Assembly (NCBI GenBank): GCA_013694585.1
Contig: JACDCB010000019.1
Location: forward strand, 1-52,184
Direction of reading: 5' to 3'
Source of the DNA: Nitrosopumilus sp.
Lineage (GTDB): Archaea > Thermoproteota > Nitrososphaeria > Nitrososphaerales > Nitrososphaeraceae
Length of the DNA stretch: 52,184 nt
Shown here in pieces: positions 1 through 8,324 of the stretch. The translations under genes were made by a program, and so were the position numbers. The number at the start of each line of letters is the position of its first letter. Within the stretch, counting starts at the first letter, position 1. The notes beneath the pieces were generated by a model. The model was not told the DNA's origin. It saw only the letters and a program-made list of their open reading frames with translations, and did not search any database.

Positions 1-74
1 TAATTCACACGGACTGTATCAAGGGCACCCAAGAAGATGAGGAAGAGGTTAAGATTAAAAGGCTAGATGTATGA
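1..74 (+). CDS. 3' end of a CDS entering from the left edge (..IHTDCIKGTQEDEEEVKIKRLDV*), product unknown
   Basis: Open frame from nt 3 to TGA at 72-74, convergent with the next gene (12 nt gap). Confidence 0.5.
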   Translation, partial: IHTDCIKGTQEDEEEVKIKRLDV

Positions 75-86
75 CTGGTAATACTA

Positions 87-1079
87 TTATCTTAACAATA
101 ATGCCTTGTCTTCACGACCTTTCAGTACGTGAATTATATTAGAGGCAGCAATTTCCGACATTTTATTTCGAGTATCGAGACTCGCGCTACCTATATGTGG
201 TAATAGAACCACATTATGCATTTTGAGTAATGGATTGTTACTCCGGATTGGTTCATCTTCAAAGACGTCTAGGCCCGCTCCTGCAATCAACTTCTCCTTC
301 AAGCCACGAATCAAATCCCATTCTTTAATAATTTTGCCCCTTGATATATTCACCAAATAAGCAGTATTTTTCATCATTTTTATCTTATCATAGTCTATTA
401 AATGATAGCTGTCTTTGTTTAGCGTACAGCATATGACAATATAGTCCGATTCCGAAACAAGTCTTTGTAAATTGCAATATTCCAGTTTGTTGAAAAATTT
501 TTCATTCCTAAAATCATTTTGATCAAAGTTCCTTTTTGTAAATAGTATTTCCATTCCAAACCCAACTGCACGCCTACAAATTGCTCTTCCGATTTTTCCT
601 AACCCTATAACCCCTAATGTTTTGTGATGTAAATCCCGTCCAATCATTAGATCAGGATTCCAGCCATATTTCCATTTGCCTTTTCTTAGGTAGTTGTCAG
701 CCTCAACTAATCTCCTGCCGAGACAAAGCAATAACCCAAGTCCTAAATCAGCCGTTGTTTCGGTAAGAATATCTCCAGTATAACCTATCTTTATTCCTCT
801 TCTATGTGCTTCAGAGACCTCGATATGCTCGTAGCCCGTACTAAAAGTGCTTATTACTTTAAGTGATGGACCAGCGATGTCCATTATTTGATTGTCTATT
901 TTGTCATTAAGAAAGCACAAAATTGCATCTACACCCTTCACTTTATTCATCAATTCCGGATATGGAAGGGGAGCCTTTTTTTGATTTATGATTATATCAC
1001 ATTGATTTTTTAAGATGTTCAGACCTACTTCTGGAATCGGTCTTGTTACCAATACAATCGGTTTATTCTTTTTTAACAA
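87..1079 (-). CDS. gyaR: D-2-hydroxyacid dehydrogenase (glyoxylate reductase / D-glycerate dehydrogenase family)
   Basis: GVIGLGKIG NAD motif, LVNISRG, GLDVFEDEP, LPHIGSA catalytic His; TTG start. Confidence 0.85.
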   Translation of the reverse strand: MLKKNKPIVLVTRPIPEVGLNILKNQCDIIINQKKAPLPYPELMNKVKGVDAILCFLNDKIDNQIMDIAGPSLKVISTFSTGYEHIEVSEAHRRGIKIGYTGDILTETTADLGLGLLLCLGRRLVEADNYLRKGKWKYGWNPDLMIGRDLHHKTLGVIGLGKIGRAICRRAVGFGMEILFTKRNFDQNDFRNEKFFNKLEYCNLQRLVSESDYIVICCTLNKDSYHLIDYDKIKMMKNTAYLVNISRGKIIKEWDLIRGLKEKLIAGAGLDVFEDEPIRSNNPLLKMHNVVLLPHIGSASLDTRNKMSEIAASNIIHVLKGREDKALLLR

Positions 1080-1506
1080 ATATTGTCTATTGGATTACTG
1101 CTATATTATTTGTTAATTCTGTAAGTATCCTCAGGAAAAAATCAATGTATGATGTTGTGGTTAATATAAAGGGTCTATAGTTTATTTAACCAAATTGTGC
1201 ATTTCAATCTTTAAACCTGGGTTAGATGTAATATCCTAGACTTCCAAACTTCCAAATTTATCACTATTAATCCATATTGACCTATACTAGATCAGTATTA
1301 GATACTACTATAATATCAAAAGGACAAATAAATCAATTTGTATATCTAAAACCTTGAACGCTCCTAGATATTGTTTTAAGAGGGAATTATTGAAACTCGG
1401 CTGAATGATGGAGAGAGTGTAACTGCAAGTTCTAAATCCATAAAAGCAGAAATAATATATTTAATTTTACAAGTATATTTTTATAGACTGCTGGTTAATA
1501 AAATTC

Positions 1507-2325
1507 ATGCAAGACCATTCTACTGATGTGCGAAAGAATGGAATGAATTCAATTAGCAGCAGTAAAAAGATGAAGGTTCGAAAAAAGATCGAGAGTAAGA
1601 ATGACCATGATAATTTAGAGGCACCTCATATTGAAAAAAATTCCATGGAATCATCAGAAAACTTATTTGCAAACATAGTTGGATATGATGACATTAAAAA
1701 AATTTTTAATTATGCATTTAATTCATCATTGCCCGTCCATATATTACTAGTGGGTCCTCCTGGATCAGCTAAAACGCTATTCTTGATGGAATGTATGAAA
1801 CTTTCACGTTCCTATTTTACATTGGGTAGTCATAGCACAAAAGCCGGAATGTTGGATTACTTATTCAATAACAGACCAAAAAATCTAATAATTGATGAAA
1901 TTGAATATATGGCAATCAAGGATCAGGCAGCCTTGTTGAGTTTAATGGAAACTGGAATATTAAGTGAAACCAAGTATGAAAAAACTCGAAAATCAATCAT
2001 GAGGACATGGGTTTTTGCATCGTGCAATGACGAAAAAAAACTTTTAACCCCACTGTTATCACGTTTCTTTGTCCTTTACTTTAAGAAATATGATTACAAT
2101 ACATTTGAAAAGATATCAAACCATATTTTAGTAAGTGAGTGTAATATTGATTTTGAAATCTCAACTCTGATTGCTCAGTTAGTTTGGAATAAACTAAAAT
2201 CCAGAGATATAAGGGATTGTATCAAAATAGGTCGAATTTGTAATAATAAAGAAGATGTTTATATGATAGTAAAGACTCTAAAGCGGTATGATAGTACAAA
2301 TGCTGGTAACATTAAGAATATTTAG
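1507..2325 (+). CDS. Stand-alone AAA+ ATPase with MCM/MoxR-like core
   Basis: Walker A GPPGSAKT, Walker B LIIDE, ALLSLME, sensor-1 FASCN, Arg finger LLSRF. Confidence 0.8.
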   Translation: MQDHSTDVRKNGMNSISSSKKMKVRKKIESKNDHDNLEAPHIEKNSMESSENLFANIVGYDDIKKIFNYAFNSSLPVHILLVGPPGSAKTLFLMECMKLSRSYFTLGSHSTKAGMLDYLFNNRPKNLIIDEIEYMAIKDQAALLSLMETGILSETKYEKTRKSIMRTWVFASCNDEKKLLTPLLSRFFVLYFKKYDYNTFEKISNHILVSECNIDFEISTLIAQLVWNKLKSRDIRDCIKIGRICNNKEDVYMIVKTLKRYDSTNAGNIKNI

Positions 2326-2431
2326 TCGAAAATATTTGTCATCTTTCTATTTGAATTTCATGGCGATCTTCTATATCTGTAAACTAAGTGAAATAATTTA
2401 GTGTTCCTATTTTTAAATCAAGCATAAAAAA

Positions 2432-3571
2432 ATGAAAATTTTTATCTGTGGGCCAACCTTGTATGAAAAAAGCCACTTGGGACATGCCAGAATCTTTATT
2501 TTTTTTAATTTTTTGATTAATTATTACAAGTATTTGGGACAATGTCCTATTGCTGTCGTACAATTGACTGATATTGATCCAAAAATATTTGCTAAAATGA
2601 GGACATATGATAGTAATGTTTCACTTGATAATATAACCTCGCATCATCTGAACCAACTAACCATGGATTTACAAAAATTACAAGTTATTAACAATTTCAC
2701 GTTCACCCGAGTGTCTAATTTCCAGGTTCAAATGATGAACCAAATAATAAGCTTACTTACACTCAACAAGGCTTACTCTTATGGAGGTAATGTTTATCTT
2801 AAAATAGATTCAGATATCCAGAGTCCTTTTGGTTTCACAACTGAAGAGTTGGACAATATGCCAATTGATATCTCGCCAGGTAAACTAGATCAAAAAGATA
2901 TAATGCTTTGGAATGCGGAGAATTTTTATGATCTCTCTGTAAGGGGCGATGAGCGCCCTGAATTCTATTTTAAGAACTTAGTCAGCGGAATTCCCGGATG
3001 GCACTATCAAGATTTTCAAATCATAAAATCTGTTTTCAATAATTACTACGATATACATGGTGGGGCAGAAGAGTTGGTATATCCTCACCACGAATTCGTT
3101 TTCAAAATTTCTCGTCAAATGCAGCGGATTACCCACCAAAATGAAAAAAAACCAAGGTGGATTCATGTAGGTATTTTGAAGATCAAGTCTAAGAAGATGT
3201 CAAATTCTAGAGGCAATGCCATCACTATTAATGATTTTCTAAATAAATATTCTCCAAATTCTCTCAAACTCCTTTTCTTGGGTGAGAGCTATGACAAAGA
3301 CTTTAGTTTTCATGACAAAAAATTGAAAAACGCTATTCTTATAGATAATGAAATTTCATCATATTTCATATCGGAATTTGTCAAAAACGGAAAATTAACA
3401 GAATCAGTGACCAAATCCGATACACAAAAATTTTCCAAGTTTATGAGAATCTTGAATAATAATTATGACACAAAATCAGCAATGAGTTATATCATAAAGT
3501 GTATAAGAGATCTAGAAAATGTTAGTAACATAAAGAAGATGACTGATTTACTTGGATTGCAGTATCATTGA
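2432..3571 (+). CDS. Cysteinyl-tRNA synthetase paralog (class I), truncated and with altered active site
   Basis: CGPTLY..HLGHAR, TDIDPKI, PGWH, DIHGG...PHHE, KMSNS; 379 aa, ends after the helical bundle. Confidence 0.8.
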   Translation: MKIFICGPTLYEKSHLGHARIFIFFNFLINYYKYLGQCPIAVVQLTDIDPKIFAKMRTYDSNVSLDNITSHHLNQLTMDLQKLQVINNFTFTRVSNFQVQMMNQIISLLTLNKAYSYGGNVYLKIDSDIQSPFGFTTEELDNMPIDISPGKLDQKDIMLWNAENFYDLSVRGDERPEFYFKNLVSGIPGWHYQDFQIIKSVFNNYYDIHGGAEELVYPHHEFVFKISRQMQRITHQNEKKPRWIHVGILKIKSKKMSNSRGNAITINDFLNKYSPNSLKLLFLGESYDKDFSFHDKKLKNAILIDNEISSYFISEFVKNGKLTESVTKSDTQKFSKFMRILNNNYDTKSAMSYIIKCIRDLENVSNIKKMTDLLGLQYH

Positions 3572-4400
3572 GAAACTGAAATCGAATGAACTTGAATTCT
3601 GTAAGAATTGGAGTAATAAGACAATCGACTTAAATGATTCCTTCTGTGTTTTATCTAACCGAGATCTAAAAGGCGACTATTTTCTTAACCGAGTCATTTT
3701 AACAAATGTAATCGGGGTCTCTAATAGGGATGAGAGGAAAATAACATCAGTTGTATCAAAACTAAAAGAAATTTCCAAACAACAAGTAATTGATGCTTAT
3801 GTTCATATCGATGATAACTTTTCATCCTTTAAGTCAATACTTGAGAAGAACGGCTTAAGAGAAATTGATAAATTGGCAGGATTAGTCAATGTCGTTGAAG
3901 ATCAAAAATCCTTTTCATTAAATGAATTTGAAATACAAAAACCACTCTCTAAAGAAGAAACATATGAGTTGCTCAGCTTCACAGATAAATTAGATGATTG
4001 GCTAAATGTTTATTCGTCGGCATTTGGGATCGACATGGCAAAAAGAGCTACTATACGGGCTATTCTTCAAAAAGAGAATTTTAGAGACAGTAAATTTATT
4101 TTGTATAAACAAAAATCCGACTATAATAGAAACCGGCAAAATTTAAAACCAATAGGATGTTGCTTACTTTTTCCAACAAATGAAGCCCTGGGCGTGTACT
4201 GTTTAGGTACCGATCAGAGGTATCGAAATAGGGGCATCGCTTCGAGCATCATAGATTATGCAATAACGTATGCCAAAATGAATGGGTTTGATTTTATAGG
4301 ACTTCAGGCACTGCATAGTGACCGCATACAAGGATTTTATCAAAGACGACATTTCAAAAAAGTTTATACCAATACTATCTATTCTCTCCCTTGCAGGTAG
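3552..4400 (+). CDS. GNAT-family N-acetyltransferase
   Basis: C-terminal acetyl-CoA motif A LGTDQRYRNRGIAS and FY..RHF; TTG start overlaps the upstream gene by 20 nt. Confidence 0.8.
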   Translation: MDCSIIEKLKSNELEFCKNWSNKTIDLNDSFCVLSNRDLKGDYFLNRVILTNVIGVSNRDERKITSVVSKLKEISKQQVIDAYVHIDDNFSSFKSILEKNGLREIDKLAGLVNVVEDQKSFSLNEFEIQKPLSKEETYELLSFTDKLDDWLNVYSSAFGIDMAKRATIRAILQKENFRDSKFILYKQKSDYNRNRQNLKPIGCCLLFPTNEALGVYCLGTDQRYRNRGIASSIIDYAITYAKMNGFDFIGLQALHSDRIQGFYQRRHFKKVYTNTIYSLPCR

Positions 4401-4407
4401 ATTTATT

Positions 4408-5418
4408 ATGTCATTTGACCCATTTATTAAAAATCTATTGACATTTCTTGAACGTATACAGGATGATCTAATTTTTCCAGTATTCGTTTATGAAGACGAG
4501 CACGCTTACCATCAAAGCTTAAATTCTGGATATATGAATAACTCAAAGGTATTTTCAAAGAATTTAACCATTAGGTTTGAAGAGTTGGCTAAGCTAAAAA
4601 TCTCCAATTTGTTGTTATTTGGGATTCCAAAAAAAAGAAACAGCTTGGGTAGTGAAGCTTATAATAAAAATGGTGTGATTCAACGGGCGATCCAAACAAT
4701 AAAAAAAACTTTTGATAAGAAATTTAACATACTATCAGACGTATGTATATGCCAATACAACACAACCGGTCATTGTGGTGTTACAAATGGGTTCATAGAG
4801 ACTACTAAACAACAAAAGCGTGAAATGACAATAGATAATGACAAGACTCTAAATATCCTGGGAAAAATTTCATTGAGTCACTGCGAGAGTGGAGCCGATT
4901 TCATAGCCCCATCATCTATGATGGATGGTCAAATCTTGTACCTTTCAAATTTGTTAGACCGGAATGGGTTCAAAAAAGTGAAGATTATGAGTTATTCTGC
5001 TAAACAAAATTCTTGTTTATACTCGCCATTTCGTAATTATAATTATCTTAATTCTAACTTCATAGATAAATCAAGTTACCAAAGTAATTTCAATAATCCT
5101 AGGGAGTCAATACGAGAAATTTTGCATGATGTAAAGGAGGGTTCAGACTGGGTAATGATAAAACCTTCGTTATGGTATATGGATTTGGTAAGGTTGACTA
5201 AAAACCTAATAGACGTCCCTTTAGTGGTTCAAAATGTCTCAGGCGAGTATGCATTATTAAAAGCAGGGTCAAAAATAGACCCGATTGACCAACGCCAATG
5301 GATAATTCAATATCTCAAAAGTTTAAAAAGGGCTGGTGCCGATAAAATAATTTCTTATTTAATGCTTGATTTGTTTGTTGAATTTGATAAACGCCTATAT
5401 CATGAATTAGAATTCTGA
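4408..5418 (+). CDS. hemB: Porphobilinogen synthase (ALA dehydratase), divergent
   Basis: Zn motif DVCICQY..GHC, APSSMMDG, Schiff-base Lys in MSYSAK and MIKP, VSGEY, KRAGAD; ATG 4408 preferred over GTG 4318. Confidence 0.85.
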   Translation: MSFDPFIKNLLTFLERIQDDLIFPVFVYEDEHAYHQSLNSGYMNNSKVFSKNLTIRFEELAKLKISNLLLFGIPKKRNSLGSEAYNKNGVIQRAIQTIKKTFDKKFNILSDVCICQYNTTGHCGVTNGFIETTKQQKREMTIDNDKTLNILGKISLSHCESGADFIAPSSMMDGQILYLSNLLDRNGFKKVKIMSYSAKQNSCLYSPFRNYNYLNSNFIDKSSYQSNFNNPRESIREILHDVKEGSDWVMIKPSLWYMDLVRLTKNLIDVPLVVQNVSGEYALLKAGSKIDPIDQRQWIIQYLKSLKRAGADKIISYLMLDLFVEFDKRLYHELEF

Positions 5419-5852
5419 TTCTGATTGAATATTTCTGGGTAAGAGATCATCTGACCACTTGTAGAATCGATATAATATTTTGTATCATTTGCCATAATTT
5501 CCCAGCCATAATGGATACCGCCAGTTAGGGGTTCAACGGTATTGCCTAGTATCTTACCTAATTCGTGAGTTTCTTGATCTGCTTGATGTATAGTCCCATC
5601 AGCTTTTACCATTACATATTTCGATGTAAATTTCCCATCCAGATCTTCAAAAGTAATATTCCTCAATTGATCTAGAGAATGATTAAACACGTCGTGTAGA
5701 ATTATGATATAAGCTTCTTCTGGAATGAGTCTTCCGGAGGTGGAGTTGGGCTGACTTATAGAGTAGCTTAGTACCCAGTACATCGCCAAAGTAAATCCAA
5801 TAGATAAAAGAATTATGAATATTACTTTATTGTGGGCAAGATCAAGCTTCAT
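5400..5852 (-). CDS. Membrane-anchored hypothetical protein, possible PepSY-like C-terminus
   Basis: N-terminal hydrophobic helix; C-terminal YYIDSTSGQMI pattern. Confidence 0.6.
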   Translation of the reverse strand: MKLDLAHNKVIFIILLSIGFTLAMYWVLSYSISQPNSTSGRLIPEEAYIIILHDVFNHSLDQLRNITFEDLDGKFTSKYVMVKADGTIHQADQETHELGKILGNTVEPLTGGIHYGWEIMANDTKYYIDSTSGQMISYPEIFNQNQNSNS

Positions 5853-5944
5853 TAAGATATTTTATTGACAAAAAAACACTATATAATCATTGATTTATGG
5901 CTTGACGATTAGATTATATATCAATTCTTTTAAAAACTACATAT

Positions 5945-6106
5945 CCCGCGGTAGCTCAGCCTGGTAGAGCTTTCGGCTGTAGTTGTTGGCATAATATTGC
6001 TAATCGTACATCAGCCTATCAGGCTTACATTCAACAGTAACCGAAGAGTCGCAGGCTCAATCAAAAAATAAGAGATTATTTTTTGGAGTAAATCCTGCTC
6101 GCGGGA
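5945..6106 (+). tRNA. tRNA-Tyr(GTA) with two introns (5983-6039 at 37/38; 6061-6091 at about 58/59)
   Basis: Acceptor CCCGCGG/TCGCGGG-A (C1-G72, A73), D arm GCTC/GAGC, anticodon stem TTCGG/CCGAA, T stem GCAGG/CCTGC; BHB/BHL motifs at both junctions. Confidence 0.92.
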
Positions 6107-6133
6107 TACAAACTAATAAAAAAATTTTATTCA

Positions 6134-7204
6134 TTAACTGGGATTTATTATGGCACGACCAATGATTTTACCATTCTTCAAATCGTGTAAGGCTTCATTT
6201 ACCTGGTCGAGAGAGAATCTTCTATCTAAGATTGTGCGTACCTTTCCGCTGGATGCAAGGTCCACTAATTCTGTCAAATCTTGAAAAGTTCCAGTGTAAG
6301 CTCCTGTCAATGTATACCCTCGCAAAGGAATCATTGGTAAATTCAGTTCCATTGAACCACCAAATAATCCAACCATAATCATTTTACCACGCTTTCGCAG
6401 CATATTAAATGAGTTTACAGACGTAATGTTGTTATTTACAAAGTCTATGACGACATCTGTTCCAGAACCACCGGTAAGATCTTTGACCTCTTTTACGACA
6501 TCTTGCTTCTCTTTGGTGTTGATAATATTATTTGCACCAAGCTTTTTTGCCTCTGCCAATTTTTGGTCATTGACATCGATAATAGTTATTCTTGATTTGG
6601 ATATAGCGTTAGCGACTTGCACAGCCATAAGCCCTAGTCCACCTGCACCTACTATTACAATGTTATGCTTATCTTCTAAACCCGGAATTGGTTTTGCTTT
6701 TTTTACTGCATTGTACGCTGTCAACCCGGAGCAGGCCAGTGAGGATGCTGAATCAAACTCAAGACGATCAAGTTTTATCAAAAACTTTGAATCTGGAATC
6801 AAAACATATTGAGCATATCCACCATTTTGATAAATTCCAAGGGTTCTTGGACTATCACATAGATTTTGTTCACCAGATAAGCAGGCGGGACAGGTCCCTT
6901 CACCCAGCCATGGATAAACTAATACCCTGTCACCAACATTAAAATTAGTTACACTGCTACCTGCTTCTTCTATTGTTCCAGATATTTCATGGCCGGGTAT
7001 AAGAGGAAACTTAACCCCTCTGTCCTCAACCTTCATAAAGACGCCTTTGGGTCCTGCATATCCGCCCTCCCATAAATGAAGATCGCTATGACATACACCA
7101 GATGCAACGACTCTGACCAAAACTTGATTCCCTTCAGGTTTGGGTTTTTCTACTTCATTAATTACTAATGGTTCATTTGTTTTAATAATTTGAGCCCCTT
7201 TCAT
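6134..7204 (-). CDS. Zn-dependent medium-chain alcohol dehydrogenase
   Basis: GVCHSD, GHE, structural Zn C..C.......C, GAGGLG; ATG 7204 likely, 7225 possible. Confidence 0.9.
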   Translation of the reverse strand: MKGAQIIKTNEPLVINEVEKPKPEGNQVLVRVVASGVCHSDLHLWEGGYAGPKGVFMKVEDRGVKFPLIPGHEISGTIEEAGSSVTNFNVGDRVLVYPWLGEGTCPACLSGEQNLCDSPRTLGIYQNGGYAQYVLIPDSKFLIKLDRLEFDSASSLACSGLTAYNAVKKAKPIPGLEDKHNIVIVGAGGLGLMAVQVANAISKSRITIIDVNDQKLAEAKKLGANNIINTKEKQDVVKEVKDLTGGSGTDVVIDFVNNNITSVNSFNMLRKRGKMIMVGLFGGSMELNLPMIPLRGYTLTGAYTGTFQDLTELVDLASSGKVRTILDRRFSLDQVNEALHDLKNGKIIGRAIINPS

Positions 7205-7289
7205 ATCAAAATCAAGGTCCCCCATGTTTAATTATCTTTGCTAACGAAAAATGTATTCAAAGGAATATATTAATTCAAATTCCAAAACT

Positions 7290-7365
7290 TTTGATGTCAA
7301 TGATGACGACGAAGAGCCGTCTGAAATTACATGGTGACGAGGATTATGAGTACTGAGACATCAAA
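7290..7365 (+). ncRNA. Box C/D guide sRNA (double guide)
   Basis: 9-bp terminal stem TTTGATGTC/GACATCAAA; box C ATGATGA 7300-7306; D' CTGA 7321-7324; C' ATGGTGA 7331-7337; D CTGA 7353-7356; 14 and 15 nt guides; TATA-like AATATATT about 25 nt upstream. Confidence 0.9.
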
Positions 7366-7625
7366 CCTTTTATAGAATGCATATTCTCGATGTTTTTCTA
7401 ACCTGATCACTAGATGCAAATAGGATTCAAGTATACAATTATTGCAACAATACTTGCTATACGGGTCGGCAATTTAGATTACTTCAACAAAGGTTTGTGC
7501 GACCATTATAGCATATTTTTAGCAATATTGGATGTGAATCTCTATGTTTGATAAGTTATTTCTCTAGGTGCTGAATAATATTATTTTGTGAAGCTATCGA
7601 GATATGGGCTGTAAAATTATATACG

Positions 7626-8324
7626 GTGAAAGTTCATGGTAAATCAAATTTAATGAACTCAATACAACGGTTCCTACTATGTTCGATATATAGCAATAAT
7701 TTGGTTGATAACCGACTTCCTATTCCCATATTGCCATATTTAATGAAAAAATTGGAACTCGATGTGACTTTCTACAAAAATCAATTAGCAGAACTTGAAA
7801 AAGTTGGATTAATAGTTACAAAACAAGATAAACCAGATTCCGAAATAAGCTTAAGCAATATGACTTGCACACTTACGAACTTGGGTCGTGCACAGATTAA
7901 AGTTGTGCTTGTGGGCGGGGTGTTTGATCTACTTCATGTTGGCCATATTCATACACTAAAATCTGCAAAATTATTGGGGGATGTCCTAATTATTGTAGTT
8001 GCAACTGACAACACAGTTAGCAACTTGAAAAAAAATCGCAAGATTTACCATGATGAAAAAAGCAGGTTAGAGTTAGTTTCATCTATAAAATTTGTAGATA
8101 AAGCCGTCATTGGAAGAAAAAAATCGATATATGATACGGTCGAATTCGTGAGGCCAGACGTCATTGCTTTAGGGTATGATCAAATTCATGATGAAATAGC
8201 GATGAAAAAGAACTGTTTTGATCGAGGCCTGAATCTAGATGTTGTCAGACTGTCTTCCCCAATTCCAGAACTCAAAAGTTCTCTAATTAAAAGCGAACTG
8301 GGAAACTCTTTTTATGATCTTTAA
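7626..8324 (+). CDS. ribL: FAD synthase (RibL-type cytidylyltransferase fold) with N-terminal winged-helix-like extension
   Basis: GGVFDLLHVGH, VVATD, RPDVIALGYDQ, adjacent to ribK; start 7626 or 7653. Confidence 0.8.
   Translation: MKVHGKSNLMNSIQRFLLCSIYSNNLVDNRLPIPILPYLMKKLELDVTFYKNQLAELEKVGLIVTKQDKPDSEISLSNMTCTLTNLGRAQIKVVLVGGVFDLLHVGHIHTLKSAKLLGDVLIIVVATDNTVSNLKKNRKIYHDEKSRLELVSSIKFVDKAVIGRKKSIYDTVEFVRPDVIALGYDQIHDEIAMKKNCFDRGLNLDVVRLSSPIPELKSSLIKSELGNSFYDL

Noticed and set aside
1080-1506. Possible replication origin next to the AAA ATPase (short ACTTCCAA duplication)
   Set aside because: No ORB-like boxes, and the ATPase is not Orc1/Cdc6
4318-4407. N-terminal extension of hemB from GTG 4318
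   Set aside because: Overlaps the GNAT by 83 nt; ATG 4408 follows the GNAT stop by 7 nt
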